Source of the DNA: Bacilli bacterium
GTDB lineage: Bacteria > Bacillota_I > Bacilli_A > ML615J-28 > CAG-698
Length of the DNA stretch: 41,094 nt
Assembly (NCBI GenBank): GCA_028691715.1
Contig: JAQUYR010000003.1
Location: 1 to 41,094, forward strand
Direction of reading: 5' to 3'
Part shown: piece after piece, positions 1 to 9,245 of the stretch
Layout of the letters: each line of letters begins with the position of its first letter
How positions within the stretch are numbered: position 1 is the first letter of the stretch
The notes under the pieces: generated by a model
Databases searched by the model: none
What the model saw: only the letters and a program-made list of their open reading frames with translations
What the model was told of the DNA's origin: nothing
Made by a program: the position numbers and the translations under genes

Positions 1-21
1 AGGAGCTAAGCTCCTTTTATT
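1..21. terminator. Palindromic hairpin at the window edge, next to the lysS stop
   Basis: AGGAGC-TAA-GCTCCT palindrome at 1-15, followed by a T-rich run on the + strand. It lies directly beyond the lysS stop codon (22-24 on the - strand). It is truncated by the window edge, so the - strand T-tract cannot be seen. Confidence 0.35.
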
Positions 22-1509
22 TTATTTACTACGCATATGAGGGAATAATAAGACATCTCTAATGGAATCTGCCTGACAAAGTAGCATAACCACTCTATCA
101 ATTCCAATTCCCAAACCACCAGTTGGTGGCATGCCGTATTCAAGCGCTTCAACATAATCAACATCCATTTCGTTCGCTTCATCGTTGCCTAAATCTTTTT
201 CCTTCAATTGATTTATAAATCTTTCCTTCTGATCGATTGGATCATTTAATTCACTAAAAGCATTGGCGTATTCCTTTTTATTTATAAATAGCTCAAATCT
301 TTCAGTAAAACGAGGGTTTTCGCTTTTTTTAGCAAGAGGGCTGATTTCAATTGGATGTCCAAAGACAAATGTCGGTTGAATTAGGGTTTCCTCTACATAT
401 TTTTCAAAGAATAGATTGATAATATGACCAACTGAGCGTTGGTGTTTGTTAACAGGAATCTCGTGTTCTTTGGCTAATTTTAATGCTACATCAAGATCAT
501 CAATTTTGAAGAAATCTAAATTTGTTATATCTTTTATAGCCTGGACCATATGAATTCTTTTAAATGGTTCGCCAAGGTGTATCACATTTCCTTGATATTC
601 AATATCTGTTGAATCCAAAACAGCTTTACTAATAGTTTTAAAGCAATCTTCAATTAAATCCATCATTCCTTCCATATCTGAATAGGCTAAATAAGCTTCA
701 ACAGTGGTAAATTCTGGATTGTGTGTAGCATCCATTCCTTCATTTCTAAAAAGTCTTCCGATTTCATAAACTGCCTCCATACCACCAACGATTAGACGTT
801 TTAAAGGTAATTCTGTAGCGATTCTTAAATAGAAATCCATATCCAAAGTATTATGATGGGTAATAAAAGGTCTGGCATTAGCCCCTCCTAAGATAGGCTG
901 TAAAATTGGAGTTTCTACTTCAACAAATCCCCTATTATCGAAGAAGTTTTGAAAGGCTCTGATGATTTTTGGTCTTAAGAAAGCAATCCTTTTTGACTCT
1001 TCATTGACGATTAAATCGACATAACGATGTCTTCTTGCTTCTTCCTTGTCTTGCAATCCATGAAATTTTTCTGGAAGAGGTCTTAAAGCTTTTGAAAGAT
1101 GCGTATATTTATTGGCTTTTACTGTGATTTCTCCAGTGTCAGTTCTAATAACTTGTCCACTTATACCAACAATATCACCAATATCACCTTTTTTGAAAAC
1201 TTCATATTCATCTTCGGTTAAATGGTCGCTGCGAACATATATTTGTAATTGCCCGAATTTATCCTGAATATGCATAAATCCGACTTTACCCTTGCATCTT
1301 CTGGTCATAATTCGACCAGCAACAGACACATAAACATTTAATTCTAATAATTCTTCTTTTGTTTTTGATTCATATTTTGTCTTTAACTCAATGGAATTAG
1401 TAGTCCTTTTAAAGGCGCTACCAAAGGGATCAATTCCCTTTTCTCTTAGCATATCCAATTTTTGGCGTCTAATTAATTCCTGATCGTTTAAGTTTAATTC
1501 ATCTGCCAT
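22..1509 (-). CDS. lysS: Lysine--tRNA ligase (class II)
   Basis: 495-aa ORF with a GAGGTGA SD 6 nt upstream of the ATG. It has an N-terminal OB-fold region and a class II core, with motif 2 ([17 protein letters not shown]) and motif 3 ([14 protein letters not shown]). The layout is that of a full-length bacterial LysRS. Confidence 0.95.
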   Translation of the reverse strand: MADELNLNDQELIRRQKLDMLREKGIDPFGSAFKRTTNSIELKTKYESKTKEELLELNVYVSVAGRIMTRRCKGKVGFMHIQDKFGQLQIYVRSDHLTEDEYEVFKKGDIGDIVGISGQVIRTDTGEITVKANKYTHLSKALRPLPEKFHGLQDKEEARRHRYVDLIVNEESKRIAFLRPKIIRAFQNFFDNRGFVEVETPILQPILGGANARPFITHHNTLDMDFYLRIATELPLKRLIVGGMEAVYEIGRLFRNEGMDATHNPEFTTVEAYLAYSDMEGMMDLIEDCFKTISKAVLDSTDIEYQGNVIHLGEPFKRIHMVQAIKDITNLDFFKIDDLDVALKLAKEHEIPVNKHQRSVGHIINLFFEKYVEETLIQPTFVFGHPIEISPLAKKSENPRFTERFELFINKKEYANAFSELNDPIDQKERFINQLKEKDLGNDEANEMDVDYVEALEYGMPPTGGLGIGIDRVVMLLCQADSIRDVLLFPHMRSK

Positions 1510-1581
1510 TGATATTCACCTCATGTTTCTTTTTCTTATTATAGCATAAAAAAAATAATTTACAACTAAATAAGTTATAAA

Positions 1582-2289
1582 TTATTCCTCGATGTATTTT
1601 TGTAAAACCTTTGTGATAACACAATAACCATCCAAAGATATATGTAAACCCTCAACAGTATACTCTTTTTTTAGGTTCCCCAAATCGTCTAAAAGATGAG
1701 GATATATATTTATAAAAGGAATATCTATCATTGTAGCATAATCCTTAATCTGTCTATTAATGCTCTCAATTGTCCCTGTTTTTCTTCTGCCAACCATTAA
1801 TTTACTACATAAAAGAGCTTTAGGATTAATCGGATATAGAGATATCAAATATAATTTTGTATCAGGTAATTTTTCTTGAAGTCTTGTGAGAATAAGTTTA
1901 ATATTCTTAACAACATAATCAGCATCCTTACCTTCGTTGAGATCGTTTGTACCTATTTGTAAAAATATTTTTGTTGGCTTCATCATTATAACATTAGATT
2001 CCAATCTCGCCAAAACACCATCAGTGGTATCACCAGCAATTCCCCGATTATAGATATTATATCCATGAAAAAACTCATCTACCCGATAAAATTCGGTTAA
2101 GGAATCTCCTAAAAGGACAATGCTGTTTTCCTGAATGTTTCTATTTAAAAGTTCGTAATACTCTTCTTTATCATTTTTACTCGTCTTTAAGTATTTTAAA
2201 AAAGAAATAAACAAAATAATCGTGAGTGTAGCAATTACTAGAAGTATTAAGATAAAAAGAATCAATAAAAAGACCTTGATAATTTCCAT
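1582..2289 (-). CDS. Membrane-anchored SGNH/GDSL-family hydrolase
   Basis: GGAGGA SD. N-terminal TM helix (VFLLILFILILLVIATLTIILFI). SGNH blocks are present: LLGDSLTE (block I), GIAGDTT (block II), QIGTNDL (block III) and EGLHIS (block V). It ends only 72 nt upstream of lysS, so it is probably co-transcribed with it. Confidence 0.85.
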   Translation of the reverse strand: MEIIKVFLLILFILILLVIATLTIILFISFLKYLKTSKNDKEEYYELLNRNIQENSIVLLGDSLTEFYRVDEFFHGYNIYNRGIAGDTTDGVLARLESNVIMMKPTKIFLQIGTNDLNEGKDADYVVKNIKLILTRLQEKLPDTKLYLISLYPINPKALLCSKLMVGRRKTGTIESINRQIKDYATMIDIPFINIYPHLLDDLGNLKKEYTVEGLHISLDGYCVITKVLQKYIEE

Positions 2290-2412
2290 AAAGAGTCCTC
2301 CGTGATTATTATAACATATATGTTCTAAATATAGAAATAATAGTTTATATTTTCTATTTTTTATGATATAATTTATAAAAAGAAATTAAAATAATAAAAC
2401 GACGAGGTTTTT

Positions 2413-2952
2413 ATGGAATGGATTTATACGGGAGCATTATTTGTTGCTGGGGGTATCCTCTTTATCATTTTTTCGATTTATAGAGGAATAAAAGATAATA
2501 AAACAATAACTGAAGTGCTAAACTGCTTAGCAGAACAAAACAACATGAAATTGAGTATAGTCTCCAAGAAGGAATATAATTATCTTCTGGAAGATGATGA
2601 TGTTAAAATCTATTTAAATGTGATAAAGATACCTTCAAATTCTTCTGTAACCATCAATTCTAGAAACACATGGTGCCTAAGATGGGGAGGAAAAAGGATG
2701 GGTAGAAGTTATCCGAACATGAGATATATGAATGAGTTAGTTCCTTTTCTCAAAAAGGATTACTCTGATGACAAAAAAGTTGTTAAAGTTGTGGTTCTCT
2801 ATCCCAATACAGAAGTGATTTTAAAATATCTGAATGAAAGTGAGCTAGCAACAGTTACAGTTAGTGACTTGAGTTATGGAATGAAGGTTATCAGATTTAG
2901 TGATTTGGAAGATGATTTTTTAAATTTAAAGAATGGGAAGGATAAAAAATGA
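2413..2952 (+). CDS. Hypothetical membrane-anchored protein (one N-terminal TM helix)
   Basis: 179-aa ORF with a GAGGT SD and a TM helix near the N-terminus. Its stop overlaps the next start (ATGA at 2949-2952). There is a weak NERD / PD-(D/E)xK-like pattern (EDDDVKIYLNVIK...NTWCLRW), which I cannot confirm. Confidence 0.55.
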   Translation: MEWIYTGALFVAGGILFIIFSIYRGIKDNKTITEVLNCLAEQNNMKLSIVSKKEYNYLLEDDDVKIYLNVIKIPSNSSVTINSRNTWCLRWGGKRMGRSYPNMRYMNELVPFLKKDYSDDKKVVKVVVLYPNTEVILKYLNESELATVTVSDLSYGMKVIRFSDLEDDFLNLKNGKDKK

Positions 2953-3881
2953 AAAAATTATTATTATTTATAACATTGTTTTTGGTTCTCTTAGTAGCAA
3001 ATGGTTGTGGAACAAGCGATAAGGCCGATATATACACTACAGTATATCCGATAGAATATGTTACTAAAGAAATCGTCAAGGAATATAAAACGGTCAAATC
3101 GGTATATCCCCGAGGAGCAGAAGTTCATGATTACGAGCCATATCCTAAGCAAATTATTGCCATTGCTGATTGTGATATTCTCTTTTATATTGGATTAGGA
3201 CTGGAGCCATTTATTGAAAATGCTCTGACAACAACTTTTAAGGATTTAAAAACAATAAAAGTAACCGATGGACTTCAACTTGTTGAAATGGATGGAACTC
3301 ATACTCACGAAACAACAGAAGTAGAAAGTGATGATGAAACCATTGCCTATGATACTCATGTATGGCTTGATCCTATTGCTATGATAGCTGTTGCTGATAC
3401 TGTTTTAAGGGAATTGGTAAAAATATATCCCGAATATGAGGATGAGTTTACAGCTAATACTACAGCTTTAAAAGAAGAATTGATGAAACTGAATGAGGAA
3501 TTTATAACAGCTCTATCAGATGAAAAAATAACAAGTAAAACAATCATGGTTGATCATGATGCTTATGCCTACTGGTCTTTGAGATACGGAATCAGTCGCA
3601 TTAAACTTCGTGGCGATAACGAGAGCAATGAAGTCGACCCCGCAACATTAATTGAAAAAGTAAACCTAGCAAAATCTTTGGGAATTAAATATGTCATTGC
3701 TACTAAAAATGAAACGGAATCAGCCTTATTTGAACAATATTTAACAAGCTTAGGAGCTGAAAGAGAAGAATTACATCATTTAGGAACAATCACCACCAAT
3801 GAATTGAAAGCTGGAAAAAACTATCTTTCAATAATGCGTGAAAACTTAGATGTTTTAATTAAAGTGTTACCAAGAGCGTAA
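2949..3881 (+). CDS. Metal (probably zinc) ABC-transporter substrate-binding lipoprotein, cluster A-I / ZnuA-AdcA-TroA family
   Basis: Lipobox LVANGC. Family motifs are present: EVHDYEP, DTHVWLDP and DHDAYAYW. A His/acidic loop (DGTHTHETTEVESDDE) is typical of zinc-specific members. Confidence 0.85.
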   Translation: MKKLLLFITLFLVLLVANGCGTSDKADIYTTVYPIEYVTKEIVKEYKTVKSVYPRGAEVHDYEPYPKQIIAIADCDILFYIGLGLEPFIENALTTTFKDLKTIKVTDGLQLVEMDGTHTHETTEVESDDETIAYDTHVWLDPIAMIAVADTVLRELVKIYPEYEDEFTANTTALKEELMKLNEEFITALSDEKITSKTIMVDHDAYAYWSLRYGISRIKLRGDNESNEVDPATLIEKVNLAKSLGIKYVIATKNETESALFEQYLTSLGAEREELHHLGTITTNELKAGKNYLSIMRENLDVLIKVLPRA

Positions 3882-3909
3882 AAGATTAGGAAACTAATCT
3901 TTTTCTTTT
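3881..3909 (+). terminator. Rho-independent terminator after the metal-binding lipoprotein gene
   Basis: Hairpin AAGATTAG-GAAA-CTAATCTT, followed by TTTCTTTTG. Confidence 0.6.
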
Positions 3910-3937
3910 GCAAATGGTAAAAAAAACAAAAAAATAC

Positions 3938-3966
3938 TTGATTTATATGTTCGATTGTAGTAAAAT
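3938..3966 (+). promoter_or_regulatory. Sigma-A-type promoter for the tRNA pair
   Basis: TTGATT, 17 nt spacer, TAAAAT, about 30 nt upstream of tRNA-Tyr. Confidence 0.5.
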
Positions 3967-3998
3967 AATAAAGCAGTTTATAAATCTGCAAGTAACAT

Positions 3999-4083
3999 GG
4001 TGGGGTAGCGAAGTGGCTAAACGCGGTGGACTGTAAATCCACTCTCTACGAGTTCGGTGGTTCGAATCCACTCCCCACCACCA
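3999..4083 (+). tRNA. tRNA-Tyr (anticodon GTA), long variable arm, encoded CCA
   Basis: Acceptor GGTGGGG/CCCCACC. Anticodon stem GTGGA/TCCAC with loop CTGTAAA. Long variable arm, T-loop TTCGAAT, and 3' ACCA. Confidence 0.93.
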
Positions 4084-4097
4084 TTTTCTTTATTAGT

Positions 4098-4126
4098 TCA
4101 TAAAAACTCGGTTGAGTTTTTTATGA
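4098..4126 (+). other. Strong stem-loop between the two tRNAs
   Basis: TCATAAAAACTC-GGTT-GAGTTTTTTATGA, about 12 bp with one bulged T. The T-run sits inside the 3' arm rather than after it. Confidence 0.4.
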
Positions 4127-4134
4127 CAGGCTAT

Positions 4135-4209
4135 AGGGCTATAGCCAAGTGGTAAGGCAAAGGACTTTGACTCCTTCACTCTCTGGTTCAAATCCAGATA
4201 GCCCTGCCA
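4135..4209 (+). tRNA. tRNA-Gln (anticodon TTG), encoded CCA
   Basis: Acceptor AGGGCTA/TAGCCCT. D arm GCC-AAGTGGTAA-GGC. Anticodon stem AAGGA/TCCTT with loop CTTTGAC. T arm TCTGG-TTCAAAT-CCAGA, and 3' GCCA. Confidence 0.93.
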
Positions 4210-4283
4210 TCTTTAAATTGATACTGCTCTTAATTGAGTGGTTTTTTTATTTGGTATACAAAAACACTTTGTAAATAAAAGCG

Positions 4284-4312
4284 TTGTCTTTTACAATTTA
4301 ATATTATATAAT
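4284..4312 (+). promoter_or_regulatory. Candidate sigma-A promoter for the large c-di-GMP gene
   Basis: TTGTCT, 17 nt spacer, TATAAT. This would give a leader of about 160 nt before the GTG at 4481. Confidence 0.45.
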
Positions 4313-4480
4313 TATACAAATGGCGTTTTTTTAAGGAAAAGAACGCTTGGGAGATAAGAGAATAAAAAAATATTTTAACTTAAGGACATTGTTCACTAGT
4401 TGTATTATTTTATCAAGGGGATAATATAAAACATTGAGGGCTTTTAATATTAAAAGACTTAGAAACAAGAGGAACACATA

Positions 4481-7400
4481 GTGAATTCAAGGAAAAAGAT
4501 TTTATTTATTGATAAGGATATAAAAAACGCTCTTTTACTGAAAGAGATTTTTTATGGTGATTATGATATTATATCTTCTTCTAGCAATGAAAAAACAAAA
4601 GAGATCCTTGATGATGTTAAAAATCAAATAGCAGTAATCTTGTTCAGTGGTGATTTAATTGAAAAGGATAATGCGAATGAAATTAAAGAGTATTTTAAAA
4701 GTATTTCCCAATTTTCTATACCAACGATTGGAGTAATCACTAAAGAAGAAGATGAATTAGAAAATATGCTTCTCAGTTTTGGAGCAATTGATTGTATTAC
4801 AAAGCCATATAATGCAAAAAATATTTATCAGAAGATAAAGAACATTGTGAATTGGGAAGAAAAAAACAATAAAGAGAAGGATCAAATTGCCTTTCAATTA
4901 CAAGCGATTATGGATAACATGATGGGAAGTGTAATTCTCATCGAAGTTGGAGAGAAATGTCGCTGTATTCATGCAAACAAGGGATTTTTCTCTTATAATG
5001 GTTATTCAAATGAAGAATATTTGAGCAAGTACAGAGATGATATGGAAAAATATATTCATCCAGACGACTGTGAGAGAGTAAGAGTTGCCATTAAAGAAGG
5101 CCTTGAAAGCAACAGGACTTTCACATTTGAATTCCGCGAAATATTAAAGGACAATTCCATAAAATGGGTTCATATTCAAGGGACTCAAATACCATATGAA
5201 GAAAGCGAATACCCAGTAATCTTGTCAGTGTTAACGGATATAACCAAACTTAAGGATACAGAAATAGAACTGACAAAGACATCACTACAATTGTCTTCCG
5301 TGATTGATAATTTGTCATGTGGAATAGCTATCTTTGAAGTTGGAGAATCTTTAAAATTGGTTTATGGAAATGATAGACTAGCATCAATGACAGGATATTC
5401 TAAGGAGGAATACAAAAAGTATTTCGGTAATGATATTCTTCTTTTAATTCACAAAGATGATGCTCAGGATTTTCTTGAAGAGATTAATAAGGCAATCGTA
5501 AATGAGGAGATTGTTAAGTGTTCTTTTAGAATCACCAGAGGTAATGGCGAGATAGCTTGGGTTCGCTTAAGCGCTGAAAAAATTGGTGAAGAAAATAATC
5601 ATCCTTTACTATATTGTGTCATCCTTGATATTAACAATGAGAAGGAACAAGAAGAAAAGAATATCAAAACAACAGAAGAATTGAAATATCGGGCTGATTA
5701 CGATTTGCTTACAGGTATATATAATAAAAATGCTTTTTGTCGGGCGACACTGGCGATGTTAAAAAGGAATCCCGAGACAAAATACATATTGTTACAATGG
5801 AATGTTGAACAATTTAAGATAATAAATGCCTTAATGGGTATCAGTATGGGCGATGCTATTATAAAAAGAATAGCCAATAAGTTTGCCCAATTGCTATCAA
5901 GAAATGGTACATACGGACGCTTAGAAGCTGATCACTTTGTGACATGCTTTCCAAAATATTCACTTGATATCGAGACAATGCACCAGGAAATTTCAGAGAG
6001 CCTAAAAGAATTGAGTTTAAATAACCAAATTGTTTTAGATATTGGTATTTTTGAAATAGATGATACAAATGTTTCTGTTGAACAGATGTGTGACTTTGCG
6101 GGTTTAGCAATGCAGTCAATAAAGGGGAAATTTTTGAAGCATCATGCTTACTATGATGATGATTTGCGCAAGAGACTTTTTGAAGAGAGAGAAATTTCCA
6201 GTGAAATGTTTTTTGCATTAGAAAATCATGAATTCGTTATTTATCTTCAACCAATATATAGCCTTTCAAAAAACAAAACCATTGGAGCTGAGGCTCTTGC
6301 AAGATGGATTCATCCTCAAAAGGGAATTATTAGCCCTGGAGTATTTATTCCTATTTTTGAAAAGAATGGTTTTATATCACAACTCGACTTCTTTATTTGG
6401 GAAGAAGCTTGTAAATATATCAAAAAGAGAATGGAAAACAATCAGGAAATTGTTCCTATTTCGGTAAATGTTTCTCGCTTAAGCTTATATAATCATTCCT
6501 TGTGCCAAGAAATAATCGATCTTGTTGAAGCATATGGAATAAATCCCAATTATCTGCGATTGGAGATAACAGAAACGGCATATAATGATAATCCTAATCA
6601 GTTATTAAAAACTGTAGCAGAATTACAAAAAAACGGCTTCAAAATTTTAATGGATGATTTTGGAAGTGGTTATTCTTCATTAAATACGTTGAAGGATATA
6701 CCAGTAGATATTTTAAAAATTGATATGAAATTCTTAGGTGGACTTGGTGAATCAAAAAAAGCTGAAAGTATTTTAACTTCAATAGTTAGAATGGCAAAGT
6801 GGCTAGATGTTCCAATTGTTGCTGAGGGAGTTGAAACTAAGACTCAACTTGAATTTTTAAGAAGCATTGGTTGTGATAGAATCCAAGGATACTTTTTTTC
6901 TCAACCATTGCCGATTAGTGCATTTGATAAATATGTTAGTACAAAAACAAAGGTTCAGGTAGCGACTTCTCCTTTGCAACTTGTGGCAAACAGCTTTGAT
7001 TTGGAATCATTGTTCAGCGGAAATGAACTCTTAACATATTTTTTGAGCAATATCACTAATGGTGTTGGTGTTTATGAATTAAATAAAAACAGTCTCAATA
7101 TTCTAAGAGGAAACGAAAGCTATTATAGTATAATGAAACATACTTCGGAATCTTTTTATAGAGACGCCCATAATGTTCTAAACAAAGTCTATGAAGATGA
7201 TCGCAAGGCTTTGATTAGTTCTTGTAAAAGAGTTGCTAGAAGTCAAAAAATTGAAAAAATAAAATTCAGAAGATATCGCAATGATGGTGTTTTGATTTGG
7301 CTCGATGCCAATATCAACTACTTAGGTGGAAGTGAAGAAAGACCATTGATATCAATAACTGTTAATGACATTACAGATATTGTTGAAGACAGAAAAGTTA

Positions 7401-9088
7401 TTGTTGAACAAGAGCAAACAATAACAAGAACATATAAATTTTTAGACAATTTGTATGATACTATTCCTTGTGGTATTATCCAATATACTATTTCTGATAA
7501 TCCTAAATTGATCTCAGCTAACCAATCAGCATGTAATATGTTGGAATATGTTAATGAGAAAGCCTTAATTGAAGATGTTCAAGGGGATGTAACAAAAATT
7601 ATTTCTCAAGAAGATATTGATTCAATATATCGTAAAATGAAATCATTTATTGGAGAAACAAAAAAGATCAGTCATGAAAGTCTTTTTAGAAAGAAAAGCG
7701 GACTTTTTGCGTGGTATCGGGGAATAGCAACCAAAGCAGTTAATGCTGAGGGTGTTGAATTAATTCAAAACATTTTTGTAGATATCAGTGAAGAAAAGTA
7801 TAAAGAAGCGATTTATAATCAAAATGTCTTTATTTTAAATGAATCATTATCCGCTTTAAGAACTGGTGTTGTTCATTGGGAAGATGGTAAAAAAGCGAAA
7901 ATAATTTACTTGAGCAAATGTGTCTGTGATATTTTTGGTTATTCCCAAGATGAATATTCTCGCCTTTTGATGAATGGTAAAATATCTTCTTCTGTAAAAT
8001 GGAGTGAATTAGGATTTGATGAGGAAAGATTGTTAACTTTTGGTAATCAGGAAGAAAAGGTTATTTCTCTGGAAAGAAAAAATGGTGAAAAAGTAATAGT
8101 CAGAGTTATCTTTTCTTTAAATATAAATAATGAAAATCAACTTAACTATCATGCCATGATTACTGATGTTACTGATCAAATAAAGAAGGATCAGGAAATG
8201 ACTAGTAAGATAGAACTATATGAGAATCTTTTAGCAACAGCGAAGAGTATAATTTTTAGTTATGATAATGTGACAAAAATTATGAATTGTTCCCGAGTAT
8301 CTCCAAAAGGAATTCAGGAGTTTTTAGTAGTTAATGATTTTCCAAATAAGGTTCAGGAAACAAAAAAAATTCACCCTGATTACAAAAAAGAATATATGAA
8401 AATAATGTTAACTGCCTACCAAAAGGAGCAAGAAGGATCTTATGATTTTTTGGGAAACGATCAAGGTAAGAGTTATACCTGGAAACGCTTGCTCTATAAA
8501 GTGATTAAGAATAGTGAAAACGATAATTATCGAGTTATTGGGCGGATATTAGATATTCAAGCCGATGTTGAGAAAGCCACTAAAATGAAAGAACGTGCTC
8601 AAAGGGATTTGATGAGTGGCTTATATAATCGTGTAGTCACTGAAGAATTGATGAAAGAGAGATTGAATTCTCTAAGAAAACAGGAAACTGTAGCCTTCTT
8701 TATGTTTGATATTGATCAATTTAAGGAGATAAATGATGAATATGGACATCTAGTCGGCGATAAAATGATATCAAAAATAGCCAATCTTTTAAAACAAAAA
8801 TTTGGTAGTAAAGCTATAATTGGTCGCCTTGGTGGCGATGAATTTGCTGTTTTATCAGAGGTGGAGAACACCGAAGCTAAAGCTTTAGCAAAAGCTGAAG
8901 AGATTCTTAAGGGAACAAGAGAATTGAGCAAATCGATGAATTTAAAGTTTACCATAACCACAAGCATTGGAATTTCTTTTGCTCCTCGTGATGGAAAGAG
9001 CTTTAAAACTTTATTTATGAATGCTGATAAAGCGATGTACAAGGCTAAAAATGAGGGTAAAGATTGTTGTAAAATCTATAAAAGCTAG
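4481..9088 (+). CDS. Multidomain cytoplasmic c-di-GMP turnover protein: REC-like, 2 PAS, degenerate GGDEF, EAL, about 4 PAS, GGDEF
   Basis: GTG start 7 nt after AAGAGGA; 1535 aa with no TM segment. By-eye domain order:
- REC-like N-terminus (KILFIDKD..., ...CITKPY);
- two PAS domains;
- a GGDEF fold with GRLEADHF in place of GGDEF;
- an EAL domain with all catalytic motifs (EALARW, VNVS, EITET, DDFGSGYSS, KIDMKF, AEGVET, QGYFFSQP);
- four further PAS-like repeats;
- a C-terminal intact GGDEF (GRLGGDEFAV). Confidence 0.9.
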   Translation: MNSRKKILFIDKDIKNALLLKEIFYGDYDIISSSSNEKTKEILDDVKNQIAVILFSGDLIEKDNANEIKEYFKSISQFSIPTIGVITKEEDELENMLLSFGAIDCITKPYNAKNIYQKIKNIVNWEEKNNKEKDQIAFQLQAIMDNMMGSVILIEVGEKCRCIHANKGFFSYNGYSNEEYLSKYRDDMEKYIHPDDCERVRVAIKEGLESNRTFTFEFREILKDNSIKWVHIQGTQIPYEESEYPVILSVLTDITKLKDTEIELTKTSLQLSSVIDNLSCGIAIFEVGESLKLVYGNDRLASMTGYSKEEYKKYFGNDILLLIHKDDAQDFLEEINKAIVNEEIVKCSFRITRGNGEIAWVRLSAEKIGEENNHPLLYCVILDINNEKEQEEKNIKTTEELKYRADYDLLTGIYNKNAFCRATLAMLKRNPETKYILLQWNVEQFKIINALMGISMGDAIIKRIANKFAQLLSRNGTYGRLEADHFVTCFPKYSLDIETMHQEISESLKELSLNNQIVLDIGIFEIDDTNVSVEQMCDFAGLAMQSIKGKFLKHHAYYDDDLRKRLFEEREISSEMFFALENHEFVIYLQPIYSLSKNKTIGAEALARWIHPQKGIISPGVFIPIFEKNGFISQLDFFIWEEACKYIKKRMENNQEIVPISVNVSRLSLYNHSLCQEIIDLVEAYGINPNYLRLEITETAYNDNPNQLLKTVAELQKNGFKILMDDFGSGYSSLNTLKDIPVDILKIDMKFLGGLGESKKAESILTSIVRMAKWLDVPIVAEGVETKTQLEFLRSIGCDRIQGYFFSQPLPISAFDKYVSTKTKVQVATSPLQLVANSFDLESLFSGNELLTYFLSNITNGVGVYELNKNSLNILRGNESYYSIMKHTSESFYRDAHNVLNKVYEDDRKALISSCKRVARSQKIEKIKFRRYRNDGVLIWLDANINYLGGSEERPLISITVNDITDIVEDRKVIVEQEQTITRTYKFLDNLYDTIPCGIIQYTISDNPKLISANQSACNMLEYVNEKALIEDVQGDVTKIISQEDIDSIYRKMKSFIGETKKISHESLFRKKSGLFAWYRGIATKAVNAEGVELIQNIFVDISEEKYKEAIYNQNVFILNESLSALRTGVVHWEDGKKAKIIYLSKCVCDIFGYSQDEYSRLLMNGKISSSVKWSELGFDEERLLTFGNQEEKVISLERKNGEKVIVRVIFSLNINNENQLNYHAMITDVTDQIKKDQEMTSKIELYENLLATAKSIIFSYDNVTKIMNCSRVSPKGIQEFLVVNDFPNKVQETKKIHPDYKKEYMKIMLTAYQKEQEGSYDFLGNDQGKSYTWKRLLYKVIKNSENDNYRVIGRILDIQADVEKATKMKERAQRDLMSGLYNRVVTEELMKERLNSLRKQETVAFFMFDIDQFKEINDEYGHLVGDKMISKIANLLKQKFGSKAIIGRLGGDEFAVLSEVENTEAKALAKAEEILKGTRELSKSMNLKFTITTSIGISFAPRDGKSFKTLFMNADKAMYKAKNEGKDCCKIYKS

Positions 9089-9114
9089 GAGTATGCCAAA
9101 AGGCATGCTCTTTT
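9089..9114 (+). terminator. Rho-independent terminator
   Basis: GAGTATGCC-AAAA-GGCATGCTC (one G-T wobble), followed by TTTT. Confidence 0.6.
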
Positions 9115-9245
9115 CGATTAAAATCCCGATAGGAAATATTTAACAGTATAATGATTAATAGTTTTATTCATATTGTCAGAAAGCCTTTACAAAATGTTGA
9201 ATTTCTATTATAATATTATGGAATATATAAAAAAAGAGGATGAAT

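Noticed and set aside
1510-1581. Looked for a T-box or L-box leader upstream of lysS, and for a riboswitch upstream of glyA (10648-10741).
   Set aside because: Both intervals are too short (72 nt, and about 20 nt of leader). They contain no specifier, T-box or other conserved riboswitch sequences.
3821-4042. 73-aa minus-strand ORF overlapping tRNA-Tyr and the terminator of the metal-binding lipoprotein gene.
   Set aside because: It overlaps a confident tRNA and a terminator. It has no SD and no motifs.
5859-6218. 119-aa minus-strand ORF, together with similar antisense or alternate-frame ORFs inside the c-di-GMP gene (6228-6467, 8716-9042).
   Set aside because: They lie entirely within a strongly supported 1535-aa CDS, have no SD, and have low-complexity composition typical of shadow ORFs in AT-rich DNA.
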